This document shows, in pieces, positions 49,473-58,767 of a stretch of 64,000 nt of DNA. Every line of letters begins with the position of its first letter. The first letter of the stretch is position 1. The stretch is from NCBI GenBank assembly GCA_005877075.1, contig VBPX01000030.1, forward strand, positions 9,227 to 73,226. Reading direction: 5' to 3'. The stretch comes from Nitrososphaerota archaeon (GTDB lineage Archaea > Thermoproteota > Nitrososphaeria > Nitrososphaerales > Nitrososphaeraceae). The notes under the pieces are model-generated. The model searched no databases. It had not been told where the DNA came from and saw only the letters and a program-made list of their open reading frames with translations. Both the position numbers and the translations under genes were made by a program.

Positions 49473-50230
49473 ATGAAAATATCATATGTACATCTCTATT
49501 TTTCTTCTTTCACTTTCTCTATTGTTAGAACTGTTTCTGAATACTTAAATCAACTATTTCCTCTTAGAATTGACGTCAGATCATTCTTTTACTATTTTAA
49601 CAAGAATTTGGTTAAGGAGGATATTGCGGACAATAAAATGATTCTATTATCACATGATTTTCCGGAGCCATCCCTTCAAGATAAGCAATATAATGCAATA
49701 GACAATATTAATCAAAAGATTACAGTTATTGATGGTTTTAGCTTACAAAAAATTTATTCCAAATTTATTGATGAAAACGAAAGTCAATTGGACCATTTGC
49801 ACATTGTGTTTGAGGATAATTTAGTATGTACGTACGATGAAGATGATCGAAGATATCATGCTAGGCCACTAATTTGTGGATCACCGAGCATCATATCTAC
49901 TCCAGGCATTGTTGAAGGTCCTGCTAGGCCAAGAGGATATTATTACAAACTAATGCTGAAAGATCTCCTCTCTATAAGTAGTAAAGAGATAGAGCAGGAA
50001 TTTGCTAATAGATATATTAACTATGACGACTCTCGATTGATACAGGCAGCAACAGGTTATTCTATTCAGTCTATTTTTTTTTTCTTACTAATGGTAACCC
50101 TTTCTGTTCCAATTATCCTTGTAGACTGTTCAATTCGCATTGGCAAGAAGAATTGATTTACACTCAAGTAATTAACCCAACACTGTGCAAAGAACATTTA
50201 GGTATATTAGCTACTGAAATGGACCATTAA
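49473..50230 (+). pseudogene. Archaemetzincin-like (M54-like, HExxH-less) protein gene with an apparent 1-nt frameshift in a T10 run
   Basis: Frame 0 (49473..) runs into the T10 run at 50074..50083 and then reads hydrophobic nonsense. The adjacent frame from 50084 is open for 48 codons: LTNGNPFCSNYPCRLFNSHWQEELIYTQVINPTLCKEHLGILATEMDH, stop at 50228..50230. Confidence 0.5.
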
Positions 50231-50368
50231 TGTAGTACAAAAAATACAAAAAATAGCCATACATTTTTAACAAGACTTTATTTGTTCTTAAAAATAAGTA
50301 GACTACATATAGCGCTTGATTTCCGAACAAATTATTAAATGGTTAAATCTTCCTCCAGTTAATCATAA

Positions 50369-51343
50369 ATGTCAAAAAATGTAAATAATGACTCCCATCA
50401 CCCAACAGATTTGAAGAATCTTTATGATGTGATAATAATTGGTTCAGGTCCAGCAGGATTTACGGCGGGAATTTACAGCTCTCGTGCAAAACTCAAAACA
50501 CTGATTATTTCTGGATCTCTTCCGGGTGGTCAACTTATGACTACTAGTGAAGTTGAAAATTATCCAGGTTTTCCTAATGGAATTTTTGGACCTGAATTGA
50601 TGATGAATATGAGACAACAGGCAGAAAGGTTTGGAACTACAATAGTTGATGACGAAGTTCTAAAGGTAGATTTTAGGAATCGACCATTTCTAATCTCAAC
50701 TCATTCCGAAAGCTATGAAAGTAGAGCAATTTTACTTTGTACTGGCGCATCTCCAAGAAAATTGGGTATTGATGGAGAACAAGAATTCGGTGGCCGGGGT
50801 GTTTCTTATTGTGCAACTTGTGATGGACCATTCTTTAAGGGTGAGGAAATAGCGGTTATTGGAGGAGGTGATACTGCCTTAGAAGAGGCAACTTTTCTTA
50901 CTAAATTTGGTAAAGCAGTAAAGCTTATTCATAGAAGAGATTCCCTGCGAGCAAGTAAAATACTACAAGAAAAGGCTTTTGAAAACTCGAAAATACAGTT
51001 CATATGGAATCATGTTGTGTCAAAAATTAAGGGAACTAAGAAGATAGAAAGCGTCGACATTAAGAATCTAACAACTGGTAAAATACAAAATCTATCAGTC
51101 GGAGGACTTTTTGTAGCAATTGGTCATGAACCAAATACGTCAATTTTTAAAGATCAATTGGAATTGGATGATAAAGGATATGTCGTTATTAGAGACAATA
51201 CAAGAACGAGCATAGATGGAGTTTTTGCTGCTGGTGATGTTCACGACTATCGATACAGACAGGCTGTTACTGCTGCAGGGTTTGGATGCATGGCTGCATT
51301 GGATGTGGAAAAGTGGTTAAGTGAAAATAAATTTCGCAGGTAA
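50369..51343 (+). CDS. trxB: Thioredoxin-disulfide reductase
   Basis: 324 aa with IIIGSGPAGFTAG, redox-active CATCDG, GGGDTALEEA and GDVHDYRYRQAVTAAGFGCMAAL. Confidence 0.9.
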   Translation: MSKNVNNDSHHPTDLKNLYDVIIIGSGPAGFTAGIYSSRAKLKTLIISGSLPGGQLMTTSEVENYPGFPNGIFGPELMMNMRQQAERFGTTIVDDEVLKVDFRNRPFLISTHSESYESRAILLCTGASPRKLGIDGEQEFGGRGVSYCATCDGPFFKGEEIAVIGGGDTALEEATFLTKFGKAVKLIHRRDSLRASKILQEKAFENSKIQFIWNHVVSKIKGTKKIESVDIKNLTTGKIQNLSVGGLFVAIGHEPNTSIFKDQLELDDKGYVVIRDNTRTSIDGVFAAGDVHDYRYRQAVTAAGFGCMAALDVEKWLSENKFRR

Positions 51344-51344
51344 A

Positions 51345-52334
51345 TTATTTGATGTATAATTGCGGTAGTTTCTCTATTGCAGTAACATAATCACTTTCTG
51401 TTAGTAGATTTTGTTCTTTATAGAGACTTTTGAATTTTCTACCATCGTCCGCAAATATACCTACGATAACCCCGTTATCTATTCCCTTTGATAATTTTAA
51501 CATTGAAGACATTACCGAACCCGAAGATGGCCCTACGAATAGTCCTTCCTTTTTAAGCAAATCCTTAACTGCATTAAACGATTCCTGGTTTGTGGCAGTC
51601 ATCCATTGGTCAACTACACCTTCTCTCCGTTTAAAGAGGTCCGGCATGGATGATTCTTCAAAATTTCTCAAGCCTTGAAGTAAGTGATTCTGTTGTGCTT
51701 GAATGGCTATTATCTTTATACTATTATTCTGCTCCTTGAGAAAAGTACCCGTTCCGGTAATTGTGCCTCCCGTTCCACATCCTGTAAGGAAGTGTGTTAC
51801 CTTTCCATCTGTTTGTTCCCAAATTTCAGGACCAGTACTTTCATAATGAGCAAGAAAATTAGACTCATTCTCATATTGGTTTGGCATATAATAAATATCA
51901 GACCTAGGCTTTGCTATGGCTGCTGCGAGTGCAATACTTTGATCAGTTCCTGCACCTACTCTCGGACACAGATCATCTGAGGTTTCGTGGAGTGTTGCTC
52001 CAAGGTTTTTCAATATTCTTTTGGTTTCCTCGCTAACCTTCTCGGGAATTACAATTTCAACCTTGTAACCCAGTGAAGAAGCAATACCAGTTAATGCTAT
52101 TCCAGTGTTTCCAGATGTAGGTTCTATAATTATGCTCTTATTTTTTACTAGCAAACCTTTCCTTTCAGCGTCCATTATCATCCAATACGCTGCTCTATCT
52201 TTAACAGAACCAAATGGATTATACCATTCTAATTTTGCATAAAATTTAATTTTCTCATTAGAATAAGACGATAATTCGATTAGTGGAGTATTACCTATAC
52301 GTTGAATAATTTCAGGTCCTATTATAGATGTCAT
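51345..52334 (-). CDS. Cysteine synthase family PLP enzyme (CysK/CysM-like)
   Basis: 329 aa with GNTPLIEL, PLP-Lys block FGSVKDRAAYWMI, PTSGNTGIAL and TGCGTGGTITG. Confidence 0.85.
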   Translation of the reverse strand: MTSIIGPEIIQRIGNTPLIELSSYSNEKIKFYAKLEWYNPFGSVKDRAAYWMIMDAERKGLLVKNKSIIIEPTSGNTGIALTGIASSLGYKVEIVIPEKVSEETKRILKNLGATLHETSDDLCPRVGAGTDQSIALAAAIAKPRSDIYYMPNQYENESNFLAHYESTGPEIWEQTDGKVTHFLTGCGTGGTITGTGTFLKEQNNSIKIIAIQAQQNHLLQGLRNFEESSMPDLFKRREGVVDQWMTATNQESFNAVKDLLKKEGLFVGPSSGSVMSSMLKLSKGIDNGVIVGIFADDGRKFKSLYKEQNLLTESDYVTAIEKLPQLYIK

Positions 52335-52339
52335 TTAAA

Positions 52340-52609
52340 TCACTTTGTTTTCTTTATTACAAATTCTAAATCATTATCTTTTTTTTCTATCGATAACAAA
52401 TCATGACCAGTTCTATCTGCCCATCTAGTTATATCCTCTTCTGATTCAGGGTCGTCGGCAATGATTTTGATCTTATCACCTATACCTAATTTTTCGATTT
52501 CAATTTTAGTCCTAAAAACGGGTTCTGGACAATATAGTCCTCTAACATCTATAACTTTAGCAAATGATTCATTAACTCCATTTTCAGCCGTCTTGCTCAT
52601 TCTTAACAC
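52340..52609 (-). CDS. TusA/SirA-like sulfurtransferase
   Basis: 89 aa with DVRGLYCPEPVFRTKIEIEKL (CPxP active-site Cys). 5 nt upstream of the cysteine synthase gene. Confidence 0.8.
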   Translation of the reverse strand: MLRMSKTAENGVNESFAKVIDVRGLYCPEPVFRTKIEIEKLGIGDKIKIIADDPESEEDITRWADRTGHDLLSIEKKDNDLEFVIKKTK

Positions 52610-52716
52610 TATTAATCAAGGTCTTGTTTATATTAAATGTTTATAGAGTGTTCGGAAATGGAGTAAATTTTGTAAACTAAAGCCGGACACTGGTTTGTAA
52701 CATTCAATATTTGAAT

Positions 52717-53490
52717 CTACCTAAACAAATCGTCCTTTTTGGATCTAAGAATCGTTGATATTGAAGAATCATGAGAAGTAAAATCAAAACCTCTAACAAT
52801 TGATACAGGCACACGAGAGGATTTACCCATAACAAGTTCTGCAGCTGAAGCTATTTCGTCTGCAATTGCTAGCTCGGTAACCTTCAAGATATTACCATAC
52901 ATATCCTTTTTCCCGATATAACTTCTAATAGGATCAATTCCTGCCACTCCAATTGCGATATTAACTTGACCTTTTCTAAAGGGCCTACCAAAAGTATCAG
53001 AAATAATTACACCTACATTTACGCTAGTTGTAGAATTTAAATCAATTCTGATGTTCTTAGCTGATTTATCTGGATCGTCAGGTAGCAATAAGACACTATT
53101 AGATTGTTTTCCTACGTTACTAGTATCAATACCCGCATTCGCACAAACAAAACCATGTTTGGTTTCGGTAATGATAATATCCTTATCAATCTTTACTATT
53201 TCATTGGCTTGAGAAATAATAAGTTCTATTAGTCTAGGATCTTTACGAGTATTTGAAGCAATTTTTTTTGATTCTTCAGAAGGGACTACATTTCCTAGAT
53301 CGACAATTTTACCTTCTGCTTTTGAAACAATTTTATGTGTAATGACAACTACATCATTCTCTTGTAAGGATTCATTTTTTTCTCTAATCGACTTTACAAT
53401 TAGTTCGGCAATATTGTCTCCCTTCTTTATATCCTGCTTAATCAGAATTGGGATAATTTCAATTCTAATAAATTCATTCATCCTAAACAT
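52717..53490 (-). CDS. cofE: Coenzyme F420-0:L-glutamate ligase (CofE)
   Basis: 257 aa with VVVITHKIVSKAEG, GFVCANAGIDTSN, DTFGRPFRKGQVNIAIG and ADEIASAAELVMGK. Confidence 0.8.
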   Translation of the reverse strand: MFRMNEFIRIEIIPILIKQDIKKGDNIAELIVKSIREKNESLQENDVVVITHKIVSKAEGKIVDLGNVVPSEESKKIASNTRKDPRLIELIISQANEIVKIDKDIIITETKHGFVCANAGIDTSNVGKQSNSVLLLPDDPDKSAKNIRIDLNSTTSVNVGVIISDTFGRPFRKGQVNIAIGVAGIDPIRSYIGKKDMYGNILKVTELAIADEIASAAELVMGKSSRVPVSIVRGFDFTSHDSSISTILRSKKDDLFR

Positions 53491-53514
53491 TTAATCTTTG
53501 TTAAATAATTGACT

Positions 53515-54165
53515 TTATAATTGCGTCTCAATAGTTTTACCAAATTTCTTTTCCAAAAGACGCAACAAAATTGATAAATCCCTTATTTCGATTGAGGTGT
53601 CTGCTCTTTCCTTTACAATGTTAACGGGACAAAAACCTACTGTATATCCTGCTATATCAAACAATTTTAAATCATTTGCTCCATCCACTACTACTACAAT
53701 ATCTTCTTTTTTAATTCCCCACTCTTTGATAGTAGATTTTACTCCAAGAGATTTGTCGGAAGTAACATTTATTTTTACACCGTCGAGCTTCCCATCCTTA
53801 AAAATTAATTCGTTTGAAAATATTTTATCCAAATACAATTCCTCCTTAAGATTATCCGTGATTATCGTAAAGCCTCCTGAAATAGCAATCATCTTCCATC
53901 CCGCTTTTTTTAGTGAATAACAAAGTTTTCTTGCCCCAGGCATTATTTCCAAATTCTCTGCAATGTACTTGGCCTCTTCAAATGATGTTCCTCTCAAAGC
54001 GTTGACTCTTTTGAGAAGTCCTTCTTCCCAGTCAATTTCTCCTCTTATGCCTTGCTTTGTAATATCCCATACTTCCTTTTCTTTTTCTGGACCAAGTTTC
54101 TGTGCAAGAACAGGTAGATACTCTGCATTGAGAAGAACGCCTTCTACATCAAAGATTATCAGCAT
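53515..54165 (-). CDS. HAD superfamily IB hydrolase (phosphoserine phosphatase-like) with DxE in motif I
   Basis: 216 aa. Motif I is IIFDVEGVL, motif II ISGG, and motif IV VVVDGANDLKLF. Confidence 0.7.
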   Translation of the reverse strand: MLIIFDVEGVLLNAEYLPVLAQKLGPEKEKEVWDITKQGIRGEIDWEEGLLKRVNALRGTSFEEAKYIAENLEIMPGARKLCYSLKKAGWKMIAISGGFTIITDNLKEELYLDKIFSNELIFKDGKLDGVKINVTSDKSLGVKSTIKEWGIKKEDIVVVVDGANDLKLFDIAGYTVGFCPVNIVKERADTSIEIRDLSILLRLLEKKFGKTIETQL

Positions 54166-54366
54166 TTTAACTGTGAATCGAAAGAGTTACACCACAATAT
54201 ATTAAGTTTATTTTAAGCAATCAAGTCCTGATTAAATACAAAGCTGAAATCGTTGTAGAATTAGTATTTCAAATTCATGATTTCAATTCAGAAAATAATA
54301 TTCGTTACTAATCCCTATTAATTCGGAACAACTTTTATGTTGAATCAATTGCAGATTAGTATCTAG

Positions 54367-56769
54367 CTATTTAGACATACTAAAACTATCCAGAATCTTG
54401 CCAGCATGAGAAATGAACTGTCCTGATAGGGTATTGCTGTTAATTGCGATTTTTAAAATTCCGAAATCATTATCATTTTGATATAATACTCCTCCGCCAC
54501 TTCTTTCTCCTTTTATAGCATAATGTGATTCTCCGCCTGTTCCAGCCTGAATAAAAATGGTGGGTTTGTCTGGGAGCTTTATTCGTTCATAATTATGATT
54601 ATGCCCGTAGACAACCAGATCCACACCATACTTATCAAATAGTGGTTGTAATTTATTTGCCAGTTCTTTTTCTTCCGGATGAGTTGATGGACTTGTGTAT
54701 AGCGGTTTGTGTAATACTACAATCTTCCATGGTTGTTTTGTAGTTTTCAATTCATTTTCTAAGAATAGTGCATTTGACGAAACAGAATCCTCCGTGTTAA
54801 GTAATATTATTCGGGCCTGTCCTGCATCTAATGCAAATAGCATGGAAGGCTGTCCAAATAATTTAGCGTACGAACTAGTGTCATGATTACCTTGGACTCC
54901 TTTAAATGGAATTCCTGCACCTCTTAGTGTTTCAATTACCGGTTGAAACTCGTTCACACTTCCATATGAATAATCTCCAAGGCCAAGTGCCAGATTCACT
55001 TTGTTATTTATCATCACCTGCACGGTTTTTTTCCAGTTGTCATTGCGGGCAGAACCCCAGTCACCCGCTGCTCCAATATAATAATTTGACGAAATCGAAA
55101 CCACATTTATGGATACTGTAGCCGTGTTACTGTATAACTTACTGTCATTTACCTTGAATATGAAATTATCAGGACCTGAATAACCGCTTGATGGAGTGTA
55201 TATACGGCTAGCCCCGTTACCGCCTGAAATTGTACCGTGTGATGGCTGTGATACTATTGAGTATGTTAGGAAATCATTATCTGGATCCGTAGCTTTGAGA
55301 GTAACGCTAAGTTGAGTATTTAGATTTGTAGTTAATACTTGATCATTTGCCACAGGTGGAGAATTTGGCAGAAGTGAAAAGACATCAAGTTCTGTTATGC
55401 TTGCGTAATTATTTTGTGTATTGCCATTTACTGTTACCCTGAGATATCTTGCGTTATTATCATGAATATTATATTTTTCAGAACTTAATGTACTGCCACT
55501 ACTTTTACTGCTCAAAATATTAGAAAATTTAATTCCGTCATTTGAAGCGGATATAACAAAATTATTTTGACGTTCATTTCCTTTATACCATGCAATATCA
55601 ATACTGCAGATGTTCTTGCTTGTTCCTAAATCTAGTTGAATCCACGAACCTACGCCGATATTGGACCATCTAGTATTAAGATTGTTATCAAGAACATTTG
55701 AAGTAGGAAATCCATCTTGACTGCCAGATGTTTTAACATTCTCAATAGTGGTAGCAGCACATTGATTTTGTGATTGATCTGAAGATGATGTTAGTGCTCT
55801 GATCTCATATATGGTTCCATAATTATTTTTCGTGTTACCATTTACAGTAATTTTGATATACCGTGCTACTGTGTCAGGAAATTCATAATTTTCGTAGGAG
55901 AATGTGTTTCCGCTGCTTTTTGTACTTAGCACAGTTGTATAGGATTTGCCATCCAAAGAAGTTGAAATTACAAAATTATTTTGACGTTCATTTCCTTTAT
56001 ACCATGCAATATCAATACTGCAGATGTTCTTGCTTGTTCCTAAATCTAGTTGAATCCACGAACCTACTCCATAGTTAGACCAAACAGTATTAAGATTGTT
56101 ATCAAGAACATTTGATGGAGGAAATCCAGCTTGACTGGCGCCTGCAGTTGCTAGGGAAACTGAGCTTCTCACACAGGATTCAGAAAATGATTTGTAACCA
56201 TAAATTTTTAATTCACTTATACTGACCCAATCGCTCTGGGTATTCCCGTTAACAATTACCCTGATGAATCTACCAGTTTTGGATTGAAGGTTATAGTTCT
56301 GCTCATTTAATGAGGTACCATCGCTTTTTCCAGAAAATGTTTTAGTAAATGTTTTACCGTCTTGTGAAACAGAAATGACAAATGTATTTGTCCGTTCGTT
56401 TCCTCTATGCCAATTTATTCCTACACTACAAATCACATTATCTTGCCCTAAATCAATTTGTATCCAGGAACCTAGACCTAAATTCGACCAGCGTGTGTTA
56501 AGATTCTGATCGATTGCATGTGAAGGCGGATGCAAATTTTCGGCTCCGCTGGCCGTAATTCCGTTAACTGGAAGTTTTGTACATGTCTTGGACGAGCTAA
56601 ATGGATCACTTTGGCCGTAAACATACAGAGATTGAAGAAATATGCTGGTAGAAATAATAATTAGACATACAATTAAGGAAATATCGTGTCCCAAGTGATT
56701 GTTTCCTTTCCTTCCTAAAGGTGAAGCAAAATTAACCAAATTGCTCACATTAATCTGATTATAAGTCAA
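54367..56769 (-). CDS. Secreted multidomain protein: 3x F5/8 type C (discoidin) domains, cadherin/Ig-like module, calcineurin-like metallophosphoesterase
   Basis: 800 aa with signal anchor. Three repeats of ...NLNTRWSN.G.GSWIQ.DLG...I..V.I.W..GNER...F.IS.S.DG. Then TDPDNDFLTYSIVSQPSHGTI, then GDWGS...GDYSY...GNHD...GHNHNYER. Confidence 0.75.
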   Translation of the reverse strand: MTYNQINVSNLVNFASPLGRKGNNHLGHDISLIVCLIIISTSIFLQSLYVYGQSDPFSSSKTCTKLPVNGITASGAENLHPPSHAIDQNLNTRWSNLGLGSWIQIDLGQDNVICSVGINWHRGNERTNTFVISVSQDGKTFTKTFSGKSDGTSLNEQNYNLQSKTGRFIRVIVNGNTQSDWVSISELKIYGYKSFSESCVRSSVSLATAGASQAGFPPSNVLDNNLNTVWSNYGVGSWIQLDLGTSKNICSIDIAWYKGNERQNNFVISTSLDGKSYTTVLSTKSSGNTFSYENYEFPDTVARYIKITVNGNTKNNYGTIYEIRALTSSSDQSQNQCAATTIENVKTSGSQDGFPTSNVLDNNLNTRWSNIGVGSWIQLDLGTSKNICSIDIAWYKGNERQNNFVISASNDGIKFSNILSSKSSGSTLSSEKYNIHDNNARYLRVTVNGNTQNNYASITELDVFSLLPNSPPVANDQVLTTNLNTQLSVTLKATDPDNDFLTYSIVSQPSHGTISGGNGASRIYTPSSGYSGPDNFIFKVNDSKLYSNTATVSINVVSISSNYYIGAAGDWGSARNDNWKKTVQVMINNKVNLALGLGDYSYGSVNEFQPVIETLRGAGIPFKGVQGNHDTSSYAKLFGQPSMLFALDAGQARIILLNTEDSVSSNALFLENELKTTKQPWKIVVLHKPLYTSPSTHPEEKELANKLQPLFDKYGVDLVVYGHNHNYERIKLPDKPTIFIQAGTGGESHYAIKGERSGGGVLYQNDNDFGILKIAINSNTLSGQFISHAGKILDSFSMSK
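55556..55653. repeat. 98-bp perfect direct repeat, copy 1 (inside discoidin domain 3 coding region)
   Basis: Identical to 55970..56067 (offset 414 bp, or 138 codons). Similarity continues imperfectly for about 60 bp beyond. Confidence 0.85.
55970..56067. repeat. 98-bp perfect direct repeat, copy 2 (inside discoidin domain 2 coding region)
   Basis: Identical to 55556..55653. Confidence 0.85.
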
Positions 56770-56917
56770 TATAATTATTCGCTATTCAATTTTTATTGAC
56801 AGAATATAGCATTTTTACAATTTATTTTAAGCACCAATCAGTTAAGGTAACGTAATATTATTGAGAGGTAAAGAATCAATGCAATGAAATAGTTGGAGTC
56901 ATGATTGATTTCCCATG

Positions 56918-57184
56918 CTACCAGTATGCATTATCGATTGATTCGCTATTGGCACTAATTTTATCGACGTGGAGATATTCTTTAATACCCTCAATATTCC
57001 TGAATATGCCCTCAGGAGCAAATAATGCTGGCGCCCTAGTGGTTGGCAAATCTACACAGCAACTTTCCTCAAATTTTCTAATATGATATTCCACAAATTC
57101 TATTTTATTGTTCTGCAAAATTTCTATTGCCAGCCGGGAATGTTCCGTATCATCAATGAGCAAGACAGGTTTACGTATTACCAC
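56918..57184 (-). CDS. Hypothetical thioredoxin/glutaredoxin-fold-like protein without CxxC
   Basis: 88 aa with a beta-alpha-beta start (PVLLIDDTEHSRLAIEIL) and Grx-like TRAPALFAPEG. No N-terminal CxxC, so the call is weak. Confidence 0.35.
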   Translation of the reverse strand: MVIRKPVLLIDDTEHSRLAIEILQNNKIEFVEYHIRKFEESCCVDLPTTRAPALFAPEGIFRNIEGIKEYLHVDKISANSESIDNAYW

Positions 57185-57388
57185 AAATTCCAGATGTTAC
57201 CGGATGTATTTATTTTCAATTATTGCCTCAATTGATGAATTTTATCGGATTCTTCGGATGAAATTTCAAATCAAGATTTTACAAATTAAGACCTAAAATT
57301 ATGACTTTAAACATTTAGCCGAAACTATTGCATATTGAATCACAAATATTAGTAAAGAATTTAGCACATACTTATCGAATCTAAAATA

Positions 57389-58693
57389 TTGGCTGCCATC
57401 TTGCACCTCGAATTTCCATTTGAACTCAAGGATGATCAGCAGGAAGCAGTCAATGCATGGCTAAATAATAATTATAGGGGATCCATAATTTTCAGTACTG
57501 GGACTGGAAAAACTGAAATTGCATTTGAATGTGCACGAAGGTTGGCACAAAGGTTTGATCATAACATTACGCTTTCGCCTAAATATACAGTTGAAAATAG
57601 ACTGGATCATAAATTTACAATCTTATTTATAGTACCGAGAATTGTTCTTATTGAACAGAATATAAATAGACTGATTAAGTATGGCATAGTAAGGGATTCC
57701 ATTGGAACATTTTTTGGCGAACAAAAAGATATTAGAGAAATTACGATAAGTACATATCAAAGTGTCATAAATCACTTAGATCTAATTAGAAACTCAGATA
57801 TGATAATTCTTGATGAAATTCATTTGATTAGTGAAACTGCAAAAGAATTTAGCAAAATATTTGATATCTTAATTAAGTATCCTACTAAAGCAGTATTGGG
57901 ATTAACCGCTACCATAAATGAGAATGATCCACGTTATAATACTATAATTACAACATTGCCTCCCGTTATGAGGTATTTGATTAAAGATGCGGTTACAGAT
58001 GGAAGATTGGCAAAACCCCAAGTTGTTTCTATGCCTGTGAATTTTACAAATAATGAAAAAAAAATCTATGATGAAACCAGTGCAAAAATTTCTTACCTCT
58101 CTCGAAAACTTGGCGTATTTGATCCTAAAAGAATATCTATCTTTCTTTTCAAAGGTGGGTATAATGCTAAATTAGCAAAATTGTGGTTCGAAAATGTCAG
58201 AAAAAGAAAAGAATTACTTAGTTCGGCTCAAAACAAGATGTTATGTGCAGTAAATATAGTAAAGAAGCATCCATCGGAACCAATTATGATATTTAGCGAA
58301 ACTATTGAATCTATAAAAAAACTAGAAAAAATTTTAGAATCCAATGGAATAACCTCTAGATCAATTCATAATAAAATCTCGTCTAATCAAAGAAAGAAAA
58401 TTCTGGCAGAATGGGGAAAGACCTACTTTCCGTTGTTGTCTGTTCACACACTTGAAATAGGATATGACATCCCTGAGGCTAGAATAGCAATAATAATTTC
58501 AAATAGCGCAAACATTAATCAAGTTGCACAAAGAATTGGAAGAGTAATTAGGAAAACAACCAAGAAGAATTATGCATTAATATATGTAATTTATATAAGA
58601 GATACTAAAGACAACAGTACCCTTAGAATGGTAAAGTCTACTATAGACCTCTCAGATAGGGATAATCAATTGAAGTTGACATATTTTAGATGA
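57389..58693 (+). CDS. Superfamily 2 helicase, XPB-related paralogue (no damage-recognition domain, no RED motif)
   Basis: 434 aa with TTG start. Walker A STGTGKTEIAF, motif II ILDEIHL, motif III LGLTATINEND, motif VI QRIGRVIR. Confidence 0.75.
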   Translation: MAAILHLEFPFELKDDQQEAVNAWLNNNYRGSIIFSTGTGKTEIAFECARRLAQRFDHNITLSPKYTVENRLDHKFTILFIVPRIVLIEQNINRLIKYGIVRDSIGTFFGEQKDIREITISTYQSVINHLDLIRNSDMIILDEIHLISETAKEFSKIFDILIKYPTKAVLGLTATINENDPRYNTIITTLPPVMRYLIKDAVTDGRLAKPQVVSMPVNFTNNEKKIYDETSAKISYLSRKLGVFDPKRISIFLFKGGYNAKLAKLWFENVRKRKELLSSAQNKMLCAVNIVKKHPSEPIMIFSETIESIKKLEKILESNGITSRSIHNKISSNQRKKILAEWGKTYFPLLSVHTLEIGYDIPEARIAIIISNSANINQVAQRIGRVIRKTTKKNYALIYVIYIRDTKDNSTLRMVKSTIDLSDRDNQLKLTYFR

Positions 58694-58767
58694 TGATTTT
58701 CACGTACTAGACATTACGTTCTATTTTAGAATATTGTTTTTCATAAATTAAGAAAAACCATGAAAAT

